Assembly: GCA_945884695.1 (NCBI GenBank) | Contig: CAMCYO010000004.1 | Coordinates: 56,648-120,647 of the forward strand | Direction: 5' to 3' | Source: Streptomyces griseus | Lineage (GTDB): Bacteria > Actinomycetota > Actinomycetes > Nanopelagicales > Nanopelagicaceae | DNA length: 64,000 nt | Shown here: in pieces, positions 36,351-46,229 of the stretch | Layout of the letters: each line of letters starts with the position of its first letter | How positions within the stretch are numbered: position 1 is the first letter of the stretch | The notes under the pieces: model-generated | Told to the model about the DNA's origin: nothing | The model's database searches: none | The model's input: the letters and a program-made list of their open reading frames with translations, nothing else | Position numbers and translations under genes: made by a program

Positions 36351-37883
36351 ATGGCAACTACAAAGACTCCGGCAAAGAGAGCAACTAAAGGTAAGAAACC
36401 CATCGGACCAAAGCCGGGTGAATATCCCGGCAAGATTGTTGATATCGATGTTTCATCAGAGATGTCTGAGTCGTTCCTTGAGTATGCCTATTCAGTTATT
36501 TATTCGCGTGCACTTCCTGATGCTCGTGATGGATTAAAACCTGTTCATCGCAGAATTTTGCATCAGATGGCAGAGATGGGTCTGCGTCCAGAGCGTGGAC
36601 ATGTAAAGAGTGCGCGAGTTGTTGGTGAAGTAATGGGTAAATTGCACCCACACGGTGATGGTGCGATCTATGACGCACTCGTGCGTATGGCCCAATCTTT
36701 TTCCATGCGCTTGCCACTCATCGATGGGCATGGAAACTTTGGTTCACTCGATGCCGGCCCTGCTGCAATGCGCTACACCGAAGCTCGGCTCGCACTACCT
36801 GCAATGGCGATGGTTGCCGAAGCCGATGAAGACACCGTTGATTTTGGTTCTAACTATGACGGTCAAATTCTTGAACCCCTTGTACTTCCTGCTGCCTATC
36901 CAAACTTATTGGTAAACGGTGGATCTGGAATTGCTGTTGGTATGGCAACAAATATGGCGCCTCATAATCTTGGCGAAGTAATTGCAGCAACCAAACATCT
37001 CATTGAGAATCCAAGCGCAACCTTAAAGGCTTTAATGAAATTTGTTCCAGGACCAGATTTTCCAACAGGGGGCGTACTTGTAGGAAGTGAAGGCGTACGC
37101 GAGGCCTATGCCACAGGCAAAGGCAGTTTTAAAGTACGAGCAACAGTTGAGATCAGCAAGATTTCCTCAAGAAAAATGGGTCTTGTGATCAAGGAATTGC
37201 CTTTCACCATTGGGCCTGAAAAAGTGGTGGAACGCATTGCCGAACTTGCTAAAGCTAAGAAAATTTCCGGAATTTCAGACATTATTGATCTCACCGATGG
37301 TAGGACAGGTACAAACGTCGTTATCGAACTTAAAAATGGATTTGAGCCAGAGCAAGTACTGGAGCAACTCTTCAAACTCACTCCCCTAGAAGATGCATTT
37401 GCAATTAATGCAGTTGCCCTCGTAAAGGGCAAGCCGCAAACACTGGGCCTTAAAGAACTGCTGCAAGTTTTTATTGGCCACCGTATTGAGGTAGTACGCC
37501 GTCGCAGCGAGTTTAGAAAAGCAAAAGCAACCGCGCGGTTGACGCTAGTCGATGGTTTATTAAAAGCCATTATCGATATTGATAAGGTAATTAAAATTAT
37601 CCGAGGAAGCGATGATGCAACAGAGGCCAAATCTGCCCTCATCAAGGCTTTCAAACTCAACGATGAGCAAGCAACATACATTCTGGATATGCCACTTCGT
37701 CGCCTTACCAAGATGTCCAAACTAGAACTTGAATCTGAGCAAAAAGAGCTCAAGGCCGTCATTTCGGCCCTGACCGCCCTGCTTAAGAGTGAAGAGAACA
37801 TTAAGAGGCAAGTCTCGGATGAACTTACCGAAGTCAGCAAATCATTTGCTACCCCTCGCAAAACCAAGATACTCGCCGAGTAG
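36351..37883 (+). CDS. parC: Type IIA topoisomerase A subunit (ParC/GyrA-like), N-terminal breakage-reunion domain only (510 aa); C-terminal beta-pinwheel domain absent
   Basis: [26 protein letters not shown], catalytic Tyr motif [10 protein letters not shown], and a coiled-coil [17 protein letters not shown]. It ends at ...[13 protein letters not shown] then TAG. ATG 36351 is taken because the 5' part of the track ORF overlaps psuK. Confidence 0.8.
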   Translation: MATTKTPAKRATKGKKPIGPKPGEYPGKIVDIDVSSEMSESFLEYAYSVIYSRALPDARDGLKPVHRRILHQMAEMGLRPERGHVKSARVVGEVMGKLHPHGDGAIYDALVRMAQSFSMRLPLIDGHGNFGSLDAGPAAMRYTEARLALPAMAMVAEADEDTVDFGSNYDGQILEPLVLPAAYPNLLVNGGSGIAVGMATNMAPHNLGEVIAATKHLIENPSATLKALMKFVPGPDFPTGGVLVGSEGVREAYATGKGSFKVRATVEISKISSRKMGLVIKELPFTIGPEKVVERIAELAKAKKISGISDIIDLTDGRTGTNVVIELKNGFEPEQVLEQLFKLTPLEDAFAINAVALVKGKPQTLGLKELLQVFIGHRIEVVRRRSEFRKAKATARLTLVDGLLKAIIDIDKVIKIIRGSDDATEAKSALIKAFKLNDEQATYILDMPLRRLTKMSKLELESEQKELKAVISALTALLKSEENIKRQVSDELTEVSKSFATPRKTKILAE

Positions 37884-37892
37884 GCTCATTCC

Positions 37893-39599
37893 ATGAGAAG
37901 TTCGAGCTGGTACGGCGGAGAAGATCGCGATTCATATATACATCGCGCGTGGATGCGCCGTGGAAATCCTGACTCAGCATTCGATGGTCGACCACAGATT
38001 GCGCTAGTCAACACGGCCTCTGATTTTGCGCCATGTAACTCTCACTTAACTGAAGTTGCACAAAGTGTGAAAAATGGTGTGTGGGAAGCAGGTGGAGTTC
38101 CACTTCATCTACCCATGATTTCTATTGGTGAAACACTTGTGCGCCCAACATCAATGCTCTGGCGCAATATGGTTGCCATGGCAACAGAGGAGTTATTGAG
38201 AGCAAATCCAATTGACGGAGTGGTTCTCTTGGGAGGTTGCGACAAAACAATTCCAGCGCTCTTAATGGGCGCAGCATCAGTTGATTTACCTTCAGTTCTT
38301 ATTTCTGGTGGGCCCATGCTGACTGGAACATTTGAAGGTGCGCCATTGGGTTGTGGAACAGATGTATGGAAAAGAAGTGAAGAAATGCGTGCTGGATTAC
38401 TCAGCAAAGCCAAGTTCTTATCTTCAGAAAGTGCCATGATCCGAAGCAAAGGTCACTGCAACACCATGGGAACAGCATCAACAATGAGTTTCATGGCAGA
38501 AGCCCTCGGTATGACTGCACCTGGTATTACTGGCATACCAGCACCTGACGCAAGACTTTTAGAGGCCTCACATAACACGGGACGACTTATTGTTGAAATG
38601 GTTAAAGTAGATCGCAAACCCAGTGATGTCATGACTAAGGCTTCCTTTATCAATGCAATCATCACCTTGGCCGGAATTGGCGGTTCAACAAACGCCGTTG
38701 TGCACCTGCTAGCAATTGCAGGTCGCTTGGGTGTTGACCTGACATTGGATGATTTTGATAAATACGGCTCACATATTCCTTTACTTGTAAATTTACAACC
38801 TGCTGGAAGGTACTTGATGGAAGACCTCCACCGTGCTGGTGGTTTGCATGCAGTACTTCGTGAGTTAAAAGATCATTTAGAGCCAGGTGCAATTACCGTG
38901 ACCGGCAAGCCCTTCATCGAACCTCTTGATCGCGCAGAGATATTTGATAAAGATGTCATCCGTAGTGCCAAAGAACCTCTACAGAAGAGCGCAGGCATTG
39001 CGATTTTGCGTGGCAATCTTGCTCCCAATGGCGCCGTTATAAAACCTGCTGCTGCAAGTGCCCACTTACTGACGCACAAAGGCCCTGCCGTAGTTTTTGA
39101 TAGCGTTGAAGATTTCCATCTACGAATTAATGATCCGGCCCTTGATGTTGATGAAAATTCGGTTCTGATTCTGCGCGGATGCGGACCCCGGGGCTATCCA
39201 GGCATGCCTGAAGTTGCCAACATGATTATGCCGGAAAAGGTTTTAGCTAAAGGAGTTACCGATATGGTCCGAATTTGCGATGGCCGAATGAGCGGAACAG
39301 CCTACGGAACAGTTATCTTGCATGTTGCACCAGAGGCAGCAAGCGGTGGGCCCTTGGGGCTAGTACACAATGGCGACATAATCATTGTTGATGTTCCTAA
39401 TAGACGCCTTGAAATCGATATATCAGCTGAAGAATTAGCAAAGAGAAAACCATCAAGTGCCATGACACAAGCATTTGCTCAACCTAAACGTGGATGGGAA
39501 CGCATCTACGTTGAGCATGTCATGCAGGCTGATAAAGGTGCCGATCTGGACTTGTTACAAGGTAGTAGTAGTTCGGACGTAACTCGCGAGTCACACTAG
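37893..39599 (+). CDS. IlvD/Edd-family dehydratase (sugar-acid dehydratase-like N-terminus)
   Basis: RSSSWYGG...GRPQIALVNTASDFAPCNSHL, GGCDKTIPA, a cluster Cys-containing segment (SKGHCNTMGTAST), and MSGTAYGTVILHVAPEA. Confidence 0.8.
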   Translation: MRSSSWYGGEDRDSYIHRAWMRRGNPDSAFDGRPQIALVNTASDFAPCNSHLTEVAQSVKNGVWEAGGVPLHLPMISIGETLVRPTSMLWRNMVAMATEELLRANPIDGVVLLGGCDKTIPALLMGAASVDLPSVLISGGPMLTGTFEGAPLGCGTDVWKRSEEMRAGLLSKAKFLSSESAMIRSKGHCNTMGTASTMSFMAEALGMTAPGITGIPAPDARLLEASHNTGRLIVEMVKVDRKPSDVMTKASFINAIITLAGIGGSTNAVVHLLAIAGRLGVDLTLDDFDKYGSHIPLLVNLQPAGRYLMEDLHRAGGLHAVLRELKDHLEPGAITVTGKPFIEPLDRAEIFDKDVIRSAKEPLQKSAGIAILRGNLAPNGAVIKPAAASAHLLTHKGPAVVFDSVEDFHLRINDPALDVDENSVLILRGCGPRGYPGMPEVANMIMPEKVLAKGVTDMVRICDGRMSGTAYGTVILHVAPEAASGGPLGLVHNGDIIIVDVPNRRLEIDISAEELAKRKPSSAMTQAFAQPKRGWERIYVEHVMQADKGADLDLLQGSSSSDVTRESH

Positions 39600-40876
39600 A
39601 TTCCTGCTTGTAAAACCTCTCGCACCGCACTCATTGTCTTATCTATATCGCTACTCGTATGAGCACTTGAAAGAAACCACGTGCCTCTAGGCAAGATTCT
39701 GATTCCCTTTTCCAACAGCGCGAAGGCGAATTTGGCATAACGCTCGCGATTTGCTTTCATGGCTGAGCGATATTCAGTTGGACCTTTAAGATCAAAACGA
39801 ACGTTAAATACAGCTGGATAACCAACTATTTCATGCTCAACTCCTGCAGAGGCAAATTCGCTTGATAATTCTTTCATTAAGCGACCACCTGACACATCAA
39901 TACTCTTATAAGGCGCTTGGCTTTCGAGCAATTTCAACGTGGCAAGAGTTGCCGCCATAGAAACTGATTGTGTGTTATACGTACCGCCATGCATAACTTT
40001 TCCATGTGCAATCAAATCCATCAGCTCTTTCTTGCCTGCAATTGCCGCTACGGCAAAGCCATTAGCTAGCGCTTTACCTAAAATTGTTAGATCGGGTGTG
40101 ACTCCCAAAACTTTCTGAGCCCCACCATCGCTGACTCGAAATCCTGTAATGACTTCATCAAAAATTAGAACTGTCCCGTACTTTGTTGCTAATTCGCGCA
40201 CGCGCCCCAAATATCCAGGAAGTGGAAGTACTCCCCCAGAATTAAACATAATGGGCTCCATAATAATGCCGGCAATATCGCCGTTCTTGAGTTGTTCCTC
40301 AATCACATCGGCGTTATTCCACGGTAATACAATAATATTCTCACTCAACTCTTGACCTTGAGTTGCTGCTAAAGCATTGGGATGCAAAGGCTCGCCAGCA
40401 AATGCCATATCTGGTGCGACGCTGACTAAAACATTGTCAAACCATCCGTGATAGTGACCTTCAAATTTAATCATTTTCCATCGACCCCTTGCTGCGCGAG
40501 CAAGACGAAAAGCAACTTGTACGGCTTCTGAGCCAGAAGATGCAAAACGCACTCGTTCGGCACTTGGAACCATTTGTGTTAAAAGCTTTGCAGCTTCATA
40601 TTCCAGCGGAGTTTGACCTGCAACAAGCAAAGAAACATCTAACTGTTTCTTTGCCGCATCAATCACTTCTTGCGGGCTATGCCCCAAAATCATGGGCCCC
40701 ATGCCCAACACATAATCTGTGAGGCTGTTGCCATCAACATCGACCAAAGTGCAACCATGTGCTGATGTAAAAACTAAGGGATGAGGTTTAAAACCAGTTC
40801 GATAACCGCTATTGATTCCACCGGCCACATATTCAGAGCCTTGAGTAACCGCATTTTGCGATTGCCCAAATTCCAT
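39596..40876 (-). CDS. Class III (GSA-aminomutase-like) PLP-dependent aminotransferase
   Basis: 426 aa with ASSGSEAV, LIFDEVITGFR and ILGKALANG (PLP Lys). TGATG overlap with the upstream gene. Confidence 0.8.
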   Translation of the reverse strand: MEFGQSQNAVTQGSEYVAGGINSGYRTGFKPHPLVFTSAHGCTLVDVDGNSLTDYVLGMGPMILGHSPQEVIDAAKKQLDVSLLVAGQTPLEYEAAKLLTQMVPSAERVRFASSGSEAVQVAFRLARAARGRWKMIKFEGHYHGWFDNVLVSVAPDMAFAGEPLHPNALAATQGQELSENIIVLPWNNADVIEEQLKNGDIAGIIMEPIMFNSGGVLPLPGYLGRVRELATKYGTVLIFDEVITGFRVSDGGAQKVLGVTPDLTILGKALANGFAVAAIAGKKELMDLIAHGKVMHGGTYNTQSVSMAATLATLKLLESQAPYKSIDVSGGRLMKELSSEFASAGVEHEIVGYPAVFNVRFDLKGPTEYRSAMKANRERYAKFAFALLEKGIRILPRGTWFLSSAHTSSDIDKTMSAVREVLQAGI

Positions 40877-42126
40877 CAGATTTGGCCTTTTCTTGTCAGC
40901 AATGCAAGTAGTGCTACTCGGTCATGACCAGTTGCCTTCTGGACTTCATCTTCATCCAAAGCATCTGCATCGAGGCCTCGAAGAAAATATCCTGCCAGCG
41001 CTTGCGCCGTGGCTGGCTCATCCATAATTCCTGAATCAACTTTTTCAACATAAGTTTTCAATCTCTGTGCAACGACCCCTAAACCATTTCTAAAGAATGT
41101 GAAGTTTGCAGCAAATCGCGTAGGTAGTTGAGCACCTGAAAGATCCCAGCCTTGATAAAAGCCTCGCTCGAGTGAGCGCTGAACCAATCTGTAATGGTTC
41201 CTCCATGCATTCCTAACATTGTTAGCATTTCCCACAGGAATGATATTCGTGGAACCATCACTCAAGCGCACGCCGGTGCCTGCAACAGCTACTTGCAAAG
41301 CCTGCTTGGCATAATCCGCCGCAGGATGATCAAGTGTTTGAAACGCGGCAGAAATACCAGCTGCAGCAGAATAGTCGTATGTTCCGTAATGAAATGCAGT
41401 GAGCCGACCTTGCGCTGCTGTGATGAAATCGGGTGCTGAAAAACGTCCATCTAGACCAATAATTGCTTGCGTGGTTTCAATTTGTACTTCAAACTTCAAA
41501 CTGCCTTGTGGAAGTTTATGAGCACGCTCAAGCTCAACACAAGCATCAACCATCACTAAAACCTGACTGGCAAAAGTTACTTTGGGAAGCGTCACTACAA
41601 AATTATCTAAATTTCTATTGTGAGCAATGAAGCCGCTAAGGAAGAGATCTAGAGTTCGTAGCGCCCTATCTCGAGTGATTGCTTCAAATGATTTGATACG
41701 AATTCCTAAAAATGCCGTGTTCACTCCCCGGAGAGCTTCTAATGCCTCTGAAATCGCCTCATCCTCCTCGGCGTCAGAGCGACGGCCATAGCCATCTTCG
41801 AAATCAATGCGTAGATCTTCAATAGGTTCATTTTCCAATTTTGCATTCAATCGATCCCACCAAGCGGTTACAACTTTTACATCCTCTCCGATTGCGTCAG
41901 CGAAAGATTGTGCAGTGGAAGCATGTTCAGCCATCGTTCCACGTGCAAGCGCGCCCCATTGCCTTTGGATCTCTGAAGTGAACTTATCTGCCGGCACATA
42001 ACAGGTGTGCACAGGTTGGCGAGAGGGATTAAATACACCATACCTGTTTGCCAAAGCGTGATCACTCTTCGCGAGTGCTTTGTCAGCTTTTTTAAAAAAA
42101 GAAGAGGATAAATTCTCAGAGGTCAT
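40876..42126 (-). CDS. Uncharacterised HpcH/CitE (citrate-lyase-beta / malyl-CoA-lyase)-fold protein
   Basis: Ordered motifs resemble the CitE/HpcH TIM barrel: RIDFEDGYG, GIRIKSF, VVTLPKV, FEVQIETTQAI, FHYGTYDYSA. It is translationally coupled on both sides (ATGA with alc, TGATG with the aminotransferase). Confidence 0.5.
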   Translation of the reverse strand: MTSENLSSSFFKKADKALAKSDHALANRYGVFNPSRQPVHTCYVPADKFTSEIQRQWGALARGTMAEHASTAQSFADAIGEDVKVVTAWWDRLNAKLENEPIEDLRIDFEDGYGRRSDAEEDEAISEALEALRGVNTAFLGIRIKSFEAITRDRALRTLDLFLSGFIAHNRNLDNFVVTLPKVTFASQVLVMVDACVELERAHKLPQGSLKFEVQIETTQAIIGLDGRFSAPDFITAAQGRLTAFHYGTYDYSAAAGISAAFQTLDHPAADYAKQALQVAVAGTGVRLSDGSTNIIPVGNANNVRNAWRNHYRLVQRSLERGFYQGWDLSGAQLPTRFAANFTFFRNGLGVVAQRLKTYVEKVDSGIMDEPATAQALAGYFLRGLDADALDEDEVQKATGHDRVALLALLTRKGQI

Positions 42127-43184
42127 GAAAGTAAATCTTTTATTACTGCAGAAATCTTCATTTCACTCTGGTCAGGCAAGGAATTCCACCATTGCTGGGT
42201 CAAAGCTTTTATGCCAGCTTTAGTAGGACGCCCCCACACTCGTAAACGACCGATTCCCCCATCTGGATATACATCGAGTCTAATCGAGGATACCGCTGAA
42301 GAATTATCGACTATAAATCTGTGTTGAGTATCGGGTTGCACTTTCACTTTAGAAATCAATGCAATTGATCCTACGTTTTTAGAAAGGTTTTTCTCCTCCC
42401 CTGCGCTCAAACTGATCCAACCAGGCGCATTTCCTTTAAAGTGAGTTGTATCCATTTCAACTGCTGAAATATTTCCTTCTACTCCAAGATTGAGTGCAAA
42501 CCAGTCATTACCATCGCCTCTGCGCCTGCGTGTTTCCCAACCTTGCGATTGATTCTGATGTACTCCGGGTAACATCGCATTACTTGCAGAAGAATAAAAG
42601 TCATCACTACTTCCGATGAACAAACTTCCGTTTTCTACGGCAGCCAAATCAACTTCTCCTCGAGCAATAATCCATCCGGGATCTGGAATAACAACGCCAT
42701 GAGCGCGAAAACGCGCAACGCCACCATCGGGATAAATACTCAACCGCACATGTGTCCAACGTTTAGTACTCGCAACATCAAATGAATTCTCAAAATCACC
42801 TTTAAGCGTTGATTTAGGAAGGATTTGCTCCCAGTGCGCACTCTCCAATAGATCGGGCGATGGATACCCCTCTATAGCGGTAGCTTCTACAGATGCGCTT
42901 TCGGGAAAATTACCGACAAAATTTCCTGTATCAATAACGACGCTCTTAATAATTCCAGCGGCACCTAGACGAATTACTGCCCAATCATTTCCTGGAGTTC
43001 GACGACGTCGCGTTTCCCAACCGTCGTAAATTTGACCTTTATGTCCAAAGGTATGTGAAGCAAATTTGGCACGATTTTCACCTAGAAGATTTTCTTTTTC
43101 TGCAAAGAAGTCATCGTTGGCACTGATCACTCCTGCTCCTAATAGTCGCGAAGCAAGATTAATAAGCCCTAAGTCTTTATTCAT
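42123..43184 (-). CDS. alc: Allantoicase
   Basis: Two tandem allantoicase repeats (GWETRRRR..GNDW twice); N-terminal LINLASRLLGAGVISANDDFFAEKENL. Confidence 0.9.
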   Translation of the reverse strand: MNKDLGLINLASRLLGAGVISANDDFFAEKENLLGENRAKFASHTFGHKGQIYDGWETRRRRTPGNDWAVIRLGAAGIIKSVVIDTGNFVGNFPESASVEATAIEGYPSPDLLESAHWEQILPKSTLKGDFENSFDVASTKRWTHVRLSIYPDGGVARFRAHGVVIPDPGWIIARGEVDLAAVENGSLFIGSSDDFYSSASNAMLPGVHQNQSQGWETRRRRGDGNDWFALNLGVEGNISAVEMDTTHFKGNAPGWISLSAGEEKNLSKNVGSIALISKVKVQPDTQHRFIVDNSSAVSSIRLDVYPDGGIGRLRVWGRPTKAGIKALTQQWWNSLPDQSEMKISAVIKDLLS

Positions 43185-44524
43185 GCGTGACTCCTTGATA
43201 GGAATTTTCCCTGAGGTGATCCGATGAAATTTCCGTCGTCATGAACAAGTTTACCTCTCAGCCATGTCTTAGAAACCACACCTTTCAAAACTTTTCCAGC
43301 ATAAGGTGAAACGGGATTCTTATGCGCAAGTTTAAGTGGATCCACTGTGAAAGTCCTATCTGGATCAAATAGATACATATCTGCATCTTTACCTACATCT
43401 ATTGCGCCTTTTTGTGAGAGACCAACCAGTTCGGCTGGCCGAGATGACATCCATGTAGCAAGGTCAAAAAGACTTATTCCACGCTTGGAGCCCTCAGTCC
43501 AAATGATTGGCACTCCAATTTGTAAGGAAGAAATGCCTCCCCAAGCTGCCTGGAAATCTCCAACTTCAAAAAGTTTCAGATCTGGGGTGCACGGTGAATG
43601 ATCAGAAACGATCATGCTAATAATCCCTGATTTAAGCCCTTGCCATAATCGATCTTGATTGGCCGATTCGCGAATTGGTGGACAGCACTTGTACTGCGTC
43701 GCCCCATCTGCAATTTCATCACTATTTAAGGAAAGGTAGTGAGGGCACGTTTCGGTGGAAATTTTGACGCCGTCTTCTTGAGCCGAAGCAATCATCGCAA
43801 TAGCATCCGAGCTAGATAGATGTAAGACGTGAACTCGCGCCCCAGTTCTACGTGATTCTTCTATTAACTGAGCAATTGCAACATTTTCAGCACCCTTTGG
43901 CCGAGAAGCCAAAAATTCTGAATACTTCTTAGATGCGGCTTTAGAGGATCGCTCGATAGCAACCGAATCTTCTGCATGGACAACCATTAATCCATCATGT
44001 TTGGCCAGAACTTGGAGCGCAGAAGCCAAATCATCTAGCGATGAAGCGGGAAATTCATCAACACCCGAATGTAAAAGAAAACATTTGAATCCAAAAACTC
44101 CAGCTTTAAGTAGCGGTTCGAGTTGGGAAACATTCCCCGGAATCGAACCTCCCCAGAAACCTACATCCACACTGCATTGCGTCTCGGCAACGCTTTTTTT
44201 AATTGCCAAAGCATCGGGAGTGACAGTGGGTGGAATGCTATTAAGTGGCATATCTATAACAGTCGTAACTCCTCCGGCAGCAGCAGCCCTTGTTGCTGTT
44301 GCAAATCCCTCCCACGGTGTTCGACCCGGTTCATTTATATGTACATGTGTATCAACTACACCTGGCATTAAGACACCCAATACTTCGTAATTCTCGCCTG
44401 CATCTACTTTCGCATTAAAATCTAGAAGAGCAACAATCTTTCCATTAGTAATAGCAACAGCTACTGGGCGTTCGCCTATTGCAGTGACTGCACGCTTTGC
44501 ACGAATTACCAGGTCATATGACAT
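43181..44524 (-). CDS. allB: Allantoinase
   Basis: Cyclic amidohydrolase with VDTHVHINEPGRT.WEGF, GFKCFL, VHAE, SDHSP. I prefer ATG 44524 (MSYDLVIRA...), 1 nt after the aceB stop; the track start at 44533 is a TTG. Confidence 0.9.
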   Translation of the reverse strand: MSYDLVIRAKRAVTAIGERPVAVAITNGKIVALLDFNAKVDAGENYEVLGVLMPGVVDTHVHINEPGRTPWEGFATATRAAAAGGVTTVIDMPLNSIPPTVTPDALAIKKSVAETQCSVDVGFWGGSIPGNVSQLEPLLKAGVFGFKCFLLHSGVDEFPASSLDDLASALQVLAKHDGLMVVHAEDSVAIERSSKAASKKYSEFLASRPKGAENVAIAQLIEESRRTGARVHVLHLSSSDAIAMIASAQEDGVKISTETCPHYLSLNSDEIADGATQYKCCPPIRESANQDRLWQGLKSGIISMIVSDHSPCTPDLKLFEVGDFQAAWGGISSLQIGVPIIWTEGSKRGISLFDLATWMSSRPAELVGLSQKGAIDVGKDADMYLFDPDRTFTVDPLKLAHKNPVSPYAGKVLKGVVSKTWLRGKLVHDDGNFIGSPQGKFLSRSHA

Positions 44525-44525
44525 T

Positions 44526-46109
44526 TCAATCAATCATCTCCATCGCTGGCAAAGTTAAGAAATCTGCATAATTTGGATCAAGACTTACCTTTTCGAAAAG
44601 TAAAGATGCATCTTTCATGCGTTGAGGATCAAAGCCAGCGACCAATAGTCGTGTGGCTTCAGAGGCCAGTACTTCACGCACCATCTCAGGTGATGCAGTG
44701 CGACCCGTGTCCTTATATGTCACTCTATTTTGCACTTGCTGCCAAATCTGTGAGCGAGAAATCTCTGCCGTCGCTGCATCCTCCATTAAGTTGTGAATTG
44801 CCGCTGCTCCATTTCCATCGAGCCACGCTGCTAAGTATTGGAGGGCGATATCAATATTTTGACGAAGTCCTGCTTCAGTAACTTCACCTGGAATCGACTT
44901 CACACTCAGTAAATCCTCGGCGCTAACATTTACCTCAGGTCGTTGTTTATCTAGTTGGTTTGTTCTTCCAACTAAGAACTTATCGAAAATCTCAGCACAA
45001 ACAGGAACTAAATCTGGGTGAGCAACCCACGAACCATCAAATCCATCATTGGCTTCGCGCTCCTTATCAGCGCGAACTTTCTCAAGGGCAATCCGATTAA
45101 CTTCTGGATCTTTACGGCTAGGAATAAAAGCTGCCATCCCACCCATCGCAAATGCACCTCGCTTATGGCAAGTTTTAACCAACAAGTTCGCATAAGCGCG
45201 CATCATCGGAGCGTTCATAGTTATTGAATTGCGATCAGGCAAAATAAAATCAGGACCGGCATCTCTAAAATACTTAATGACTGAAAACATGTAATCCCAG
45301 CGACCGGCGTTAAGCCCACTCATATGATCCTTGAGCTCATACAAAATTTCATCCATTTCAAATGCGGCAGGAATCGTCTCAATGAGAACAGTGGCTCGTA
45401 CAGTGCCGTGAGGTAAACCTAAAGTTTTCTCAGCAAAGGTAAATATCTCGTCCCATAGTCTGGCTTCAAGGTGGCTCTCCATTTTTGGGAGATAAAAATA
45501 CGGTCCTGAACCCCTCGCCAAAAGAGTTTTCGCATTGTGATAAAAATGCATTCCAAAATCGAAAAGGGCAGCAACTACTGCGTGACCATCTACTTTTAGA
45601 TGTGACTCATCAAAGTGCCAACCGCGAGGACGAACAATTAGTGTGGCAATATTCCCGTCTTCGCGAAGCGCATAATTTTTGCCTTCAGGCGAAGTGAAAG
45701 TGAGGTCTTTGCGTGCAACTCCGTGCAAAACCACTTGGCCCTGTACAACATTGGACCAGTGCGGTGTATTTGAATCTTCTAAATCTGCAAGCCACACGCG
45801 CGCACCAGAATTTAAGGCGTTGATTGCCATTTTTGGATCTGTTGGCCCTGTTATTTCAACTCTGCGATCTTGTAAATCTGCTGGTGCCGGTGCAACCTTC
45901 CAACTTCCTTCACGAACTGCCTTTGTAGATTCAAGGAAATCTAAAGAACCGCCTTTTGATAGTTCAATCCGTCGCGCTTTACGAGCTCCAAGCAACAGAT
46001 CTCTGGTTTCATGAAATTTTTGGTCTAACTCTGCAACAAAATTAATTGCTTCCTGCGTAAGAATCTTTTCTGACCCAGCAATTGTTGAAGGGCTGACTCT
46101 GACATCCAT
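44526..46109 (-). CDS. aceB: Malate synthase A
   Basis: 527 aa with EITGP.D.KM.INALNSGA..WLADLEDS, RPRGWH, YFYLPKMESHLEARLW, GLNAGRWDY, GGMAA. Confidence 0.9.
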   Translation of the reverse strand: MDVRVSPSTIAGSEKILTQEAINFVAELDQKFHETRDLLLGARKARRIELSKGGSLDFLESTKAVREGSWKVAPAPADLQDRRVEITGPTDPKMAINALNSGARVWLADLEDSNTPHWSNVVQGQVVLHGVARKDLTFTSPEGKNYALREDGNIATLIVRPRGWHFDESHLKVDGHAVVAALFDFGMHFYHNAKTLLARGSGPYFYLPKMESHLEARLWDEIFTFAEKTLGLPHGTVRATVLIETIPAAFEMDEILYELKDHMSGLNAGRWDYMFSVIKYFRDAGPDFILPDRNSITMNAPMMRAYANLLVKTCHKRGAFAMGGMAAFIPSRKDPEVNRIALEKVRADKEREANDGFDGSWVAHPDLVPVCAEIFDKFLVGRTNQLDKQRPEVNVSAEDLLSVKSIPGEVTEAGLRQNIDIALQYLAAWLDGNGAAAIHNLMEDAATAEISRSQIWQQVQNRVTYKDTGRTASPEMVREVLASEATRLLVAGFDPQRMKDASLLFEKVSLDPNYADFLTLPAMEMID

Positions 46110-46157
46110 GACGTATCTCCTAGGCGATTTGGCAAACTATTTGGTGATTAAATAACA

Positions 46158-46198
46158 CAAATGCTGGGCGGTCAAACCTTGCGACCGCCCAGCATTTG
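46158..46198 (-). terminator. Perfect 16-bp hairpin (CAAATGCTGGGCGGTC-N9-GACCGCCCAGCATTTG) between the permease gene and aceB
   Basis: Read directly. On the minus strand it follows the permease stop by about 30 nt and is followed by the T-rich tract TGTGTTATTTAAT. Confidence 0.7.
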
Positions 46199-46229
46199 CG
46201 CCCATTAACTCTTTCTTAGGCTTGCTGAT

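Noticed and set aside
37106-37867. A 253-aa ORF on the - strand
   Set aside because: It is antisense to the motif-rich ParC-like coding region. The sequence is Ser/Arg/Leu-rich and low-complexity, so it is a shadow ORF.
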